This document shows, in pieces, positions 50,575-59,715 of a stretch of DNA of 64,000 bases (positions are counted from its first letter, which is position 1; every line of letters starts with the position of its first letter). The position numbers were made by a program, and so were the translations under genes. The DNA is from Patescibacteria group bacterium (GTDB lineage: Bacteria > Patescibacteriota > Microgenomatia > UBA10105 > UBA927): the NCBI GenBank assembly GCA_035510735.1, contig DATKGN010000003.1:14208-78207 (forward strand), given 5' to 3'. The notes beneath the pieces were generated by a model that did not search any database, was not told the DNA's origin, and saw only the letters and a list, made by a program, of their open reading frames with translations.

Positions 50575-51402
50575 GTGATTATTGGCAGACTAGATAGGAA
50601 CAATCTTATATTCTTAGCTTCAGTAATCATGGCAAATGATACAATATACGTGATGATAAATAGCAATCTATTGCACCAATGGAAAATTGATGAGAAAGCA
50701 CACTTTGAGGGGTGGGATTTTTCATACTTGAAAAGTCGTTTTAAGGAAAAAAAACCAAATTGGGATTATATCTCGCTTGCCAAACCATTAGTACAGCAGG
50801 CCACATCTCTTTTAGATATGGCAACAGGTGGTGGAGAAGTATTCTCTCAACTTGCTCCTTTTCCCAAGCATACATACGCCATTGAAGGTTGGCATCCAAA
50901 TGTAGCACTAGCAAAGAAACGTCTAGCACAGTTAGGAGTAACAGTTATAGAAGCAGACGGTGCACATCGACTTCCCTTTAAGGACAGCGAGTTTGACTTA
51001 GTTGTGAATCGCCATGGGGGGTACAACGTTGATCAACTAAAAAGAATTATTAGAAGTCAGGGACAGTTTTTTACACAACAGGTTGGAGGAGATAATCTCA
51101 AGGATTTAGAAGAGTTTTTCGATAATAGACCAAAATGGCCGTTCAATACATTAGAACACAGAATTCCTGAATTTGAAAAGCATGGATTTACAATTATTAA
51201 TTCTAAAAAATGGTCAGGAATAGTTACATTTTTTGATGTAGGAGCAATTATATATTTTCTCAAAGCAATCCCATGGATTGTAAATGACTTCAGTGTTAAT
51301 ACACATTTACCTTATCTGGAGAAGATGCAAAAAAAACTTGATAAAGGTGAAAAGCTCCAATTCATATATACACGTCACCTAATCCATGCAAAAAGGAACT
51401 AA
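50575..51402 (+). CDS. Class I SAM-dependent methyltransferase
   Basis: Motif I LDMATGGGE; an acidic post-I residue. The start is uncertain (MANDT at 50629 is possible). Confidence 0.5.
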   Translation: MIIGRLDRNNLIFLASVIMANDTIYVMINSNLLHQWKIDEKAHFEGWDFSYLKSRFKEKKPNWDYISLAKPLVQQATSLLDMATGGGEVFSQLAPFPKHTYAIEGWHPNVALAKKRLAQLGVTVIEADGAHRLPFKDSEFDLVVNRHGGYNVDQLKRIIRSQGQFFTQQVGGDNLKDLEEFFDNRPKWPFNTLEHRIPEFEKHGFTIINSKKWSGIVTFFDVGAIIYFLKAIPWIVNDFSVNTHLPYLEKMQKKLDKGEKLQFIYTRHLIHAKRN

Positions 51403-51540
51403 TTTATAAATGATAGGTCGACCGTTCAAACTAGCAAGACTTCAACAATCTTAATGGCAAGCACTGAACTTCTCGAAGAACTGCCAAGCTAGGATTCCAT
51501 TCCTCGCGTCGCACAGATCCCCTCCTGCGAGGGGCCTGAG

Positions 51541-51611
51541 CTGGGAGACTAGGATTCGGACCTAGATACCAAGATCCAAAGTCTTGTGTCCTACCCTTGG
51601 ACGATCTCCCA
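51541..51611 (-). tRNA. tRNA-Gln (anticodon UUG) with an unusual T-loop UCCGAAU
   Basis: Hand fold: acceptor TGGGAGA/TCTCCCA with discriminator G, D-arm GTCC-AAGGGTA-GGAC, anticodon arm CAAGA-CTTTGGA-TCTTG, T-arm CTAGG-TCCGAAT-CCTAG. Confidence 0.65.
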
Positions 51612-51740
51612 GCTCAAACCCCAGCTCTGGCGGGCGGGCAAAGTCTGGCGTGTTACTCCACCCAAGCTGGATTAACTGACGGTAATCCTCTCATTCAGCC
51701 AACTGATCGCAAACTGTCAGTTGAACGTTACACCACCCGG

Positions 51741-51792
51741 CAATAAAAAAGCTATCAGACTTCAGTCACCAACGATCAGTTATCTGATAGCT
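51741..51792 (-). terminator. Hairpin plus U-tract terminator downstream of tRNA-Gly(GCC) on the minus strand
   Basis: The inverted repeat AGCTATCAGA (51750-51759) pairs with TCTGATAGCT (51783-51792). On the minus strand the hairpin is followed by TTTTTTATT. Confidence 0.45.
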
Positions 51793-51819
51793 GAAAGCTA
51801 ATAGCTGATAGCTTCTTAG

Positions 51820-51891
51820 AGCGGGCGACGAGAATTGGACTCGCTACCTTCTCCTTGGCAAGGAGACATTCTACCGGTGAACTACGCCCGC
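51820..51891 (-). tRNA. tRNA-Gly (anticodon GCC) with T-loop UCCAAUU
   Basis: Acceptor GCGGGCG/CGCCCGC with discriminator U, anticodon arm TCTCC-TTGCCAA-GGAGA, T-arm GCGAG-TCCAATT-CTCGT. Confidence 0.65.
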
Positions 51892-52458
51892 AAAATAATT
51901 TTCTACGAAAATTTTCTGCGTAAACGCTGATATTATACCAGTGTTTACACCGAAAAAATCGAGAGATTTTATTCGGTGCCGAGACTAGGAATTGCACCCA
52001 GATAACGTGTTTTTCAGACACGCACCTTGACTACCTCGGTCATCTCGGCTAACTTGACTATCCCTCGAAAACTCGGGACTTCTGAAACCTCAGCCTCGGT
52101 CATCTCGGTCCATCAACGCGCTTCTTTTCCTCAGGGCAAGCAAAATGCTCAAATCCTAATTCGACTAAACCTAATGGCAATTATACGGTAAATGGTGGCT
52201 TTTTGTCATCAGGCTTCATGCGCAGTGACAAAGATTGAATATAGTTCCGCCTTTTGAGTTTTTCCATCAACTTATTCCTGTTGTTTGGAATTACTCAAAT
52301 AATAAATTCATACAGGGAATTATTGTTAAAATAGAAGTGTTATGCCCATGGATCAAATCTCAAAAATAATTATTCTTATCACATTCATTCAAGGTTTAAA
52401 TATACATATATACGGTAGCCGTCGCACATAAATTTGTTGTATACTGAATTTTTCTGCC

Positions 52459-52689
52459 ATGAAACATTCAACAACGAGCCGATCTGTCGTAAAAACCATC
52501 GTTTATCGCTTTCTTATCATTTGTTCTGACGGTATTATCATTTACGCCTTAACACATAAAGTAGTACTAACCCTCAGCGTTATTGGTTTGTCGAATATTG
52601 CAAGTACGCTTCTGTATTTCTTGCATGAGCGCGCATGGTCAAGGATTACCTGGGGGCTCTCCAAAAAGAGATTAAACGTAACAAAGTGA
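52459..52689 (+). CDS. DUF2061-like small membrane protein
   Basis: 76 aa with two transmembrane helices; the C-terminal LLYFLHERAWSRITWG matches the DUF2061 signature. Confidence 0.5.
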   Translation: MKHSTTSRSVVKTIVYRFLIICSDGIIIYALTHKVVLTLSVIGLSNIASTLLYFLHERAWSRITWGLSKKRLNVTK

Positions 52690-52694
52690 TTTTG

Positions 52695-52767
52695 TGGACG
52701 ATGAGGGACTCGGACCCCCGACATCTTCAGTGTAAATGAAGCGCTCTACCAGCTGAGCTAATCGTCC
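52695..52767 (-). tRNA. tRNA-Val (anticodon UAC) with T-loop UCCGAGU
   Basis: Acceptor GGACGAT/ATCGTCC with discriminator A, D-arm GCTC-AGCTGGTA-GAGC, anticodon loop TTTACAC, T-arm GGGGG-TCCGAGT-CCCTC. Confidence 0.65.
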
Positions 52768-52864
52768 TTTCGATATCGCTATATCTCTGAATATGCGATA
52801 ATGAGCACACTCTATTGTATTCGAAATTGTTATTTTGAACAATATTTATTACAATAGGCAGCAC

Positions 52865-52946
52865 GCGGACGTGGCGGAATTGGTATACGCGCAGTCTTGA
52901 GGAGGCTGTGCCGCAAGGCATGGAGGTTCAAGTCCTCTCGTCCGCA
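52865..52946 (+). tRNA. tRNA-Leu (anticodon GAG)
   Basis: Long variable arm TGCCGCAAGGCA, anticodon loop TTGAGGA, T-arm GGAGG-TTCAAGT-CCTCT, acceptor GCGGACG/CGTCCGC. Confidence 0.8.
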
Positions 52947-53034
52947 CAAGAGGAGATGGCACCATTGTCAAAGGTGCAAATTGATTGATATAACGGGCTA
53001 ATTTGATGGTTCAAACGAGAAGAAATACCCAAAT

Positions 53035-54153
53035 ATGCTAGAACGATTGGTTTGGGCGGAAATTAACGTCAGAAACTTTCTCTACAACATCTCCTGTGTG
53101 AAAAAGATTGTAGGCTCCCATGTAAAAATAATGGCCGTCGTCAAAGCAAATGCATACGGACATGGTGCCGTCGAGCTAGCAAAAGTGGCGGAAAAATTTG
53201 GCGTTGATTATTTTGGGATTGTTTGCTTGTATGAAGCGAGACAACTTCGCGAAGCGGGAATACATACACCGATTCTCGTCCTCAATTACATTGATGAAGA
53301 AAGCGTGGAAGCGTGCGTTGATTTAAATGTTACGCTCAATGTCATGGACGAAAAGCTCCTTTCGCGACTAGACAAGGTTGCGCGAAAGAAAGGTAAGCGA
53401 GTCCCCATCCATGTCAAAGTAGACACTGGGATGCACCGATTAGGGCTGCAACCCGAGGAAGCACTACGCTATATTCCAAAAATAGAACAGTACAAAAATA
53501 TCAAATTAGAGGGCGTGTTTACTCATTTTGCAACGTCAGATGAAAAGAACCTGTCTTTTACCTATTCACAGCTTAAGACGTTTAACACTCTTCTATCAGC
53601 CTTAGCAAAAAACGGTGTGCGTGTACCGATCGTTCACGCCGCGAACAGCGCAGCGACTCTTCGCGTGCCGAGTGCTCATTATGATTTAGTCCGCCCCGGC
53701 GTTATTTTATACGGACTGGCGCCATCTGGTGATTTTCCTCTGCCATTTATACCAAAACCTGTCATGGCTCTCAAAACAAAAATTGTTCAACTTCGTCAAA
53801 TCGCTAAAGGCGAAACGGTAGGTTACGGTCGAACATTTACTGCAGTCAAACCAACGCGCGTCGCTTCCCTCCCGGTGGGCTATGCCGATGGCTTTCGCCG
53901 TGCACCGAATAACTGGGGAAGTGTTTTAGTAAACGGTCAATTTGCACCGTTAATCGGCAGAGTTTCAATGGATCAATCATCAATTGATGTCACAGCCATT
54001 CGCGCCGCTCGCGTAGGGGATGAAGTCGTATTAATCGGGATACAAGGAAAACACCTATTGACGGCGGAACTGGTTGCCAAAACGCTCGGTACCATTAATT
54101 ATGAAGTTACCAGCGCAATTGCTTCCCGTGTCTCGCGCGTGTACTTTTTGTGA
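53035..54153 (+). CDS. alr: Alanine racemase
   Basis: PLP-Lys motif AVVKANAYGHGAVE; a C-terminal beta domain. Confidence 0.9.
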   Translation: MLERLVWAEINVRNFLYNISCVKKIVGSHVKIMAVVKANAYGHGAVELAKVAEKFGVDYFGIVCLYEARQLREAGIHTPILVLNYIDEESVEACVDLNVTLNVMDEKLLSRLDKVARKKGKRVPIHVKVDTGMHRLGLQPEEALRYIPKIEQYKNIKLEGVFTHFATSDEKNLSFTYSQLKTFNTLLSALAKNGVRVPIVHAANSAATLRVPSAHYDLVRPGVILYGLAPSGDFPLPFIPKPVMALKTKIVQLRQIAKGETVGYGRTFTAVKPTRVASLPVGYADGFRRAPNNWGSVLVNGQFAPLIGRVSMDQSSIDVTAIRAARVGDEVVLIGIQGKHLLTAELVAKTLGTINYEVTSAIASRVSRVYFL

Positions 54154-54292
54154 ACGTTACTATGCGTTTGTGCCCGGAGGGAGACTCGTCCCAGAAGTAT
54201 CTTTCCGCCTTTGGCGGATTAGAACTTCGGGATCCCGCATTCTACGCCCAGTTTACTGGGCAAGAATTGCGGGAAACTCCAAAACGACTCTG

Positions 54293-54378
54293 TGCCCAGA
54301 AGAGGATTCGAACCTCCAAGGGATTTTACTCCCACTAGCTCCTGAAGCTAGCGCGTCTACCAATTTCGCCATCCGGGC
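54293..54378 (-). tRNA. tRNA-Leu (anticodon CAG)
   Basis: Acceptor GCCCGGA/TCTGGGC, anticodon arm CTAGC-TTCAGGA-GCTAG, long variable arm, T-arm GGAGG-TTCGAAT-CCTCT. Confidence 0.8.
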
Positions 54379-54431
54379 ATGAGGCTATTATACCATTACC
54401 GCTTTGCAGAACGAGATGTTAACTATAGGTC

Positions 54432-55097
54432 TTGTTTCACAAAACCCTGCGAGGTAGAATAGCCAGTACCAATAAGCCGTTATCAATTTCTCCTATGGGT
54501 AGAACAAAAATAAATACGATTCTTCAACCGGATGAACAATCGTGCGGCCCGGTTTCCTTAAAACATGCACTTGAAATTTTGGGCAAACGAAAATCGATTT
54601 CAACACTCTCAAAACTCTGTAAAACTTCACGGAACGGGACAGCGACGAAAAATATGATTAAAGCGCTCAACGGTTTGGGGTATTCAGTACTCGCCGTCGA
54701 GCGGGCAACACTTCGCCATCTTATCTCTTCGCTCCGCTATCAACCAAATAAGCCAAGGGCCGTCATTGTCGATTATCTATACAATCTGGAAAATACCCAT
54801 GATGAACCGTCATGGGAATCCGGCCACTGGGCAACTGTGTCGTCGTTTAGTGCCAGTAACAGTAAGATTGTGTTATTTGACGGATATTCAGGGACTAAGA
54901 AATCCTATCACTGGCAGGATTTCCGTAAACGTTGGGTAGATTACGACGTCATGAAAAAGAAAGTGTCACCACGGTCAAAAAAATTCAAATCCTTCCGCAG
55001 GTGGAGAAAGCAACTCTTGCTTGTTATATCTTCGGATCCAAAACATCTACCGAGGTTCCGCTATTCCTCATCGGCGATATATCCTGGTGTTAATTAA
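54432..55097 (+). CDS. Papain-like C39-family-type cysteine peptidase domain protein
   Basis: QPDEQSCGPVSLKHAL carries the Cys; GHWATVSSF...IVLFDGYSG carries the His. The N-terminus is basic. The real start may be the internal MGRTK. Confidence 0.45.
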   Translation: MFHKTLRGRIASTNKPLSISPMGRTKINTILQPDEQSCGPVSLKHALEILGKRKSISTLSKLCKTSRNGTATKNMIKALNGLGYSVLAVERATLRHLISSLRYQPNKPRAVIVDYLYNLENTHDEPSWESGHWATVSSFSASNSKIVLFDGYSGTKKSYHWQDFRKRWVDYDVMKKKVSPRSKKFKSFRRWRKQLLLVISSDPKHLPRFRYSSSAIYPGVN

Positions 55098-56118
55098 TGG
55101 AGTTTTGGACAATCTGAAGAACGAAATCCTCAAGTGTCATGCCGTGTGCCCGTATTGACGCAGTCATGGCATCCCGCGGGTCCGGATCAAAACCGGCGTT
55201 TGCGTTGCCCTCGAGGAAAAACCATGAGTGGATGTCCGGATTATACCGGAGATCAAACCGGCCGTAATCACGCATCCCGAGGGCGTAGAATGCCCGTATG
55301 GCGTCACGTTTTATCTGAACGTCGATATCCGTATTTAAACGCTTAGGAGGGGCCTTAAAATAACAACTTTTATAGACTGGCAGGTGTTTACTCCATTTTT
55401 CATCAAACCCGTAAATGTTCCATTTATTTTTCACGTGACCCTTGAATGCAATTTCTGCAATAGGCAATGCGACCGTTTTATTGGGAGTCTCCAATATGGT
55501 TACCTGCAGTTCCTTACCGGGAATAAATTCCTCGGCGATGAGCGTTTGTTTGTGTTGCTTCCGCAGCCGAGTGACGATTGATTTAAACTGACGGTAGTTT
55601 TGTGCGATGGATCCGTTCGTTATACCGATACTGCAATGTTCATATGCGGGCTTAATAATAACAGGATATTTACTAGGCAGTAAGGATTTTCTAATTCGGT
55701 CTCTTAATTTAATAATTGAATATCGCGGGGTCGGTAATAAATTTTTTTCAAATAGTTTTTTTGATTTAATTTTGTTATTTGATGCTTTAATGCCGTCAAG
55801 ATCAGTACCTGAATGCGGGATGTGAAGACGTTTGAGGATTTTTGCAATCTGAATTTCCATCGCTTTGCTGTCCACGAGGTTAAACACAAAATTGGCTTTT
55901 AATTTCTTGAGTTCTGACAAGTCTTCCGGGCTCACTTTTATAATCTGAACGTTATATCCTTCCTGCAAAAACAATTTACGCATGTAGTGCACTATTTCAT
56001 CCGTCTGGTTGTCTACAAGCGTATGTTCTTCACTGAAGTATTTTGCGGCAATATTCTTTGGTACGTAATGATATAAAAGCGCAATGGTTTTTTTTCTTTT
56101 GTGGGCAATTTTTTTCAT
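55090..56118 (-). CDS. ATP-grasp ligase of the D-alanine--D-alanine ligase family (divergent paralogue)
   Basis: Ddl-like architecture; an ATP-grasp core with EEFIPGKELQVTIL; a C-terminal YGRFDLRY...FFLEGNANAGF segment. Confidence 0.6.
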   Translation of the reverse strand: MKKIAHKRKKTIALLYHYVPKNIAAKYFSEEHTLVDNQTDEIVHYMRKLFLQEGYNVQIIKVSPEDLSELKKLKANFVFNLVDSKAMEIQIAKILKRLHIPHSGTDLDGIKASNNKIKSKKLFEKNLLPTPRYSIIKLRDRIRKSLLPSKYPVIIKPAYEHCSIGITNGSIAQNYRQFKSIVTRLRKQHKQTLIAEEFIPGKELQVTILETPNKTVALPIAEIAFKGHVKNKWNIYGFDEKWSKHLPVYKSCYFKAPPKRLNTDIDVQIKRDAIRAFYALGMRDYGRFDLRYNPDIHSWFFLEGNANAGFDPDPRDAMTASIRAHGMTLEDFVLQIVQNSIN

Positions 56119-56192
56119 TGATATCTCATAAGAGAATTATTTCGGGTACATGTTCATTAATGATGATTTTGAAACATTTGTCAAGTATTCGA

Positions 56193-57230
56193 TTATAATT
56201 GCGTATGATATCGGACAAGTGCTTCCTTGAGAATACGCTCAATAATATCCGTGTAGGACATGGACAATGTCTTTGCAATGGTCCCGAAGGCATCCTGTTT
56301 TGATAGTGCAGGAAGTGGGTTAATCTCCAGAACATATGGTTTGTTATTTTTATCCACTCGAAAATCTATACGCCCGAAATCCCTGCTGCCCACCGCTGTA
56401 TATGTTTTTATCGCGAAGTCCCTAATCAAATCGGCAAGAGCCGGCCGCAGGTCTGCGGGACAGCAGTAGTGTACGTCACTTGAATAGACGTAACGGCCTA
56501 CATAAATTTTATCGTTCACCGGTTTATTTCTGATAAGGATTTCAACAATAGGGTAGGCTTGTATGGTGTCTCCGTTGCCGATAACTGCGACTGTGCACTC
56601 ACGTCCCTCAATAAACTCCTCAACAAGCGCAGGTTGATCGTACAGTGAGGTGATATGATTAATCTGATCATTTAACTCATTGAAATTCTTTACTTTTGAT
56701 TTTGCGGTCATTCCCTTTGATGATCCCTCCCATTGGGGCTTCACAATGAGTGGAAATGGTAAGTCCGGCATATCATCACGTTTCATCGGTTTTGTTGCAA
56801 CGAAAAATTTGGGAGTAGGGATACCATGAGCTGCGAGGATTTCTTTCGTGATAACTTTATCAAGTGTCAGACTCATGGTTAATGCGTCAGATCCGACATA
56901 CGGAATTCCGAAATACTCAAGAACGAGCGGTATTTGTGCTTCACGATTCCTTCCTTGTAAACCTTCTGCGGTGTTAAAAATGATGTTCACATGTTGCTTT
57001 ACTGCGTCCACATGTTTGAGAAGGTTGCTAAAGTTGCCTATGTCGTAAACGGTATAGCCGCAGCGCTCAAGACTTTTTTTAATCCCTCGGACGATGGTCA
57101 CATTATCGAATTCGCTGTATTTATCCGGAGGATCACCGGCCGTTAGCGTATAATCACTTGCAATATCGTACGTAAGTCCTACCGTTATTGAAGAACTTTT
57201 CGCTTTCGTTAGTTTCGTTTTCATATCCAT
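56193..57230 (-). CDS. ddl: D-alanine--D-alanine ligase
   Basis: Ddl motifs FPLIVKPQWEGSSKG, EEFIEGRECTVAVIG and GRIDFRVD...YVLEINPLP. Confidence 0.75.
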   Translation of the reverse strand: MDMKTKLTKAKSSSITVGLTYDIASDYTLTAGDPPDKYSEFDNVTIVRGIKKSLERCGYTVYDIGNFSNLLKHVDAVKQHVNIIFNTAEGLQGRNREAQIPLVLEYFGIPYVGSDALTMSLTLDKVITKEILAAHGIPTPKFFVATKPMKRDDMPDLPFPLIVKPQWEGSSKGMTAKSKVKNFNELNDQINHITSLYDQPALVEEFIEGRECTVAVIGNGDTIQAYPIVEILIRNKPVNDKIYVGRYVYSSDVHYCCPADLRPALADLIRDFAIKTYTAVGSRDFGRIDFRVDKNNKPYVLEINPLPALSKQDAFGTIAKTLSMSYTDIIERILKEALVRYHTQL

Positions 57231-57418
57231 AGTTCACCATATCATATGCACGATATACCGTACAGATGATACAATATGCATAGAGAATCTTGACCGGGGT
57301 GACGAAATGCTCAAGCCGACAGTTAACGATCCGTCGACTGACGGAGAGTCTTAGTGTTGCTTAGTCCCGCCAAGCGGGAGTATACGGTCTTACGATGATA
57401 AAATAGGTTGACAATAAA

Positions 57419-57503
57419 GCCGGGGTGGCGAAATGGTATACGCGCAGGACTTAAAATCCTGTGGTGATTAAACACCGTGTGGGTTCGAGTCCCACTCTCG
57501 GCA
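57419..57503 (+). tRNA. tRNA-Leu (anticodon UAA)
   Basis: Acceptor GCCGGGG/TCTCGGC, anticodon arm CAGGA-CTTAAAA-TCCTG, long variable arm GGTGATTAAACACC, T-arm GTGGG-TTCGAGT-CCCAC. Confidence 0.8.
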
Positions 57504-57504
57504 C

Positions 57505-58512
57505 ATGAAGAAGAAACAATTCCCATATCTTGAAATCAATGGAACACACAGGGATATTGGGCGGGCTATTGGTGAAACATTTCGTAATCAGATTACTTCA
57601 CGTATCGACAAGCGAAAGCAATTCATACAAAATTACAATACATATATTCAATCAACGTACCCGTACTTTATCGCGACACTCAAAGCATTTCCTCAGTATA
57701 TTGATGAGATTACCGGGGTTGCACAGGGCGCACGAATTTCAGTTACAGATTATTTTTTCTTAAATAATCCCGAAGTTTATCCTGATATTGATGATATAGA
57801 CGGAGGCGTCATTCATGAACATTGCACAACAGTCGTAAGCCGTAACGAATCCGGACTTACCATCGGTCATACGGAGGACTGGTTCTCACAGGGAATCGAT
57901 GACCTTTTTGTGTTAAAGGCTACGGTCTGCGGAACAACTTTTCTCTGTCTTGATTATGCGTCATTCATATCCGGTTCTTCCGCTTCCTTGAATTCCTTCG
58001 GTATTGCTCAATGCATAAACGATCTTCATAGCCATTCCGGAGTCGGAATACCCGTGTATTTTGCTGCCCGTGGTGTGCTCGAATGTCGCACACTTAAAGA
58101 TGCCGAGAATTTACTTCGCCGCAATCGTTGGGCATCGGGATTCAATCACGTTCTCGGACAGGGGCGTACGATCTCTGATATTGAGTGCACAGCTCAGGCA
58201 GTTGATGCGAGCTATATTCAATCAGATATATACGCACATACAAATCATTTTTTATCTCCCCGCATGCGGCAATATGAATCCATGCGGTCTGAAAGTTCAG
58301 TCGCGCGGTATATGCGTGCTTCAAGTCTCGTTACGTCGGGCATGCGGTTTTCTGATATTCAAACCATAGTATCTGATACATCAAATAAACAATTTCCCAT
58401 CAATAAACCTGACGAAACAATAGCTGCGGTTATCATTGAACCCACTAAACGAACACTTTCCGTATGCCGTGGCCGCCCGAGTGAAGGCACATTTGTTTCG
58501 TATACCCTTTAG
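57505..58512 (+). CDS. Peptidase C45 family Ntn-hydrolase (acyl-CoA:6-APA acyltransferase-like)
   Basis: HEHCTTVV (putative N-terminal nucleophile Cys after autoprocessing) ... HTNHFL; the overall pattern is similar to isopenicillin-N acyltransferase-like proteins. Confidence 0.55.
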   Translation: MKKKQFPYLEINGTHRDIGRAIGETFRNQITSRIDKRKQFIQNYNTYIQSTYPYFIATLKAFPQYIDEITGVAQGARISVTDYFFLNNPEVYPDIDDIDGGVIHEHCTTVVSRNESGLTIGHTEDWFSQGIDDLFVLKATVCGTTFLCLDYASFISGSSASLNSFGIAQCINDLHSHSGVGIPVYFAARGVLECRTLKDAENLLRRNRWASGFNHVLGQGRTISDIECTAQAVDASYIQSDIYAHTNHFLSPRMRQYESMRSESSVARYMRASSLVTSGMRFSDIQTIVSDTSNKQFPINKPDETIAAVIIEPTKRTLSVCRGRPSEGTFVSYTL

Positions 58513-58566
58513 TTTCTGCTACAATAAGTAGGCTCGGGTCGCCTCATAGGGGACCCACAGAAGAGG

Positions 58567-58640
58567 CGGGACGTAGTTCAGTTGGCTAGAACGCACGCTT
58601 TGGGAGCGTGAGGTCGGCAGTTCAAGTCTGCCCGTCCCGA
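58567..58640 (+). tRNA. tRNA-Pro (anticodon UGG)
   Basis: Acceptor CGGGACG/CGTCCCG with discriminator A, anticodon loop TTTGGGA, T-arm GGCAG-TTCAAGT-CTGCC. Confidence 0.85.
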
Positions 58641-58671
58641 CATATTTTCTAGAATAATTGGTTATCAATTC

Positions 58672-59715
58672 ATGGCATCCGACATTTTCATTTACAAAAA
58701 AGAAATAAACCGAACAATGGCACATTTTTTGGACGAAAAGTGTGTATCGTTGTCGCGTACTAATCCTTGGGCCAAAGACAGTATTAATAGACTCCGACTA
58801 TTTGCAACTGGCGGCAAAAGCGTCAGAGGTAATCTTCTTATCCATATTGCTCACTCATATGGAGCGCCTGTGACAGAGGATCTTTTTTCCTGTGCTGCAG
58901 CAGTTGAGCTTTTTCACAGCGGATTTCTTATTCACGATGACATTATGGATAATGATCGGTTGCGTCGGGGGCAAGACACTCTATTTGTTCAATATGAAAA
59001 AGAAGCAAGTTCAACAATTGCAAAAATCTCCCAATTTGGACAATCAATGGCCATATGTATCGCGGATGCATCGTTTTTCCTCGCCAATGAGCTTCTATCA
59101 CAACTCAAAGATACTGAGTTCACCCCGCGCTTACTCGGTAAAATGTCTCAGGAGTTTACCCGCGTTTGCCTAGCGCAAATGCAGGATGTTTCATTTGGAT
59201 TATCGACTCGTGTTCCCGAAGAGGAGGAAATTCTCTCGATGTATCGATGTAAAACAGCACGATATACGTTCTCTCTCCCTTTTACTATTGGCGCCATAAT
59301 TGCTCACGTAACCGAGCCTGAACAGTCAATTCTTGAACATCTTGGTGAAGAATTAGGCATCCTTTTCCAAATTCATGATGATATGCTTAACTTGTTCGGC
59401 GATACAAAACAAACAGGTAAACCGGTTGGCTCTGATTTACGGGAACAGAAGAAAACGCTCGCGTACGTAAGTCTCTATGCTGCCATCACAAAAGAAGAGC
59501 GGCTCCAATTCCAACGACTAGGACAGAAACCCGATGATTTTATGGCATATGTCTATGGACTTTTGGCAAAATATCATATAAAAGAACTAATGCAGGAAAA
59601 AGAAAACCGGTACGCTGAAAACGCAGGAAGATTGATTACGGAACTATCACTTCCGCAAAGGGAAAAAAATATAATGCACGATCTCATTGAATTTGTTCGA
59701 CAACGATCTAATTGA
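58672..59715 (+). CDS. Polyprenyl (isoprenyl) diphosphate synthase
   Basis: FARM motif LIHDDIMDNDRLRRGQ; SARM motif FQIHDDMLNLFGD. Confidence 0.85.
   Translation: MASDIFIYKKEINRTMAHFLDEKCVSLSRTNPWAKDSINRLRLFATGGKSVRGNLLIHIAHSYGAPVTEDLFSCAAAVELFHSGFLIHDDIMDNDRLRRGQDTLFVQYEKEASSTIAKISQFGQSMAICIADASFFLANELLSQLKDTEFTPRLLGKMSQEFTRVCLAQMQDVSFGLSTRVPEEEEILSMYRCKTARYTFSLPFTIGAIIAHVTEPEQSILEHLGEELGILFQIHDDMLNLFGDTKQTGKPVGSDLREQKKTLAYVSLYAAITKEERLQFQRLGQKPDDFMAYVYGLLAKYHIKELMQEKENRYAENAGRLITELSLPQREKNIMHDLIEFVRQRSN

Noticed and set aside
51519-51620. A possible tmRNA 5' end (GGGGCCTGAGCTGGGAGACTAGGATTCGGACC resembles GGGGCUGAUUCUGGAUUCGAC).
   Set aside because: The minus strand folds cleanly into a 71 nt tRNA-Gln(UUG). 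No tag reading frame and no 3' tRNA-like end are found downstream.
51892-52458. RNase P RNA, SRP RNA or 6S RNA in the long noncoding stretch.
   Set aside because: None of the conserved RNase P cores (AGGAAAGUCCGGGCUCC...) or the SRP domain IV GGAAGCAGCC motif is present on either strand. The region stays unassigned.
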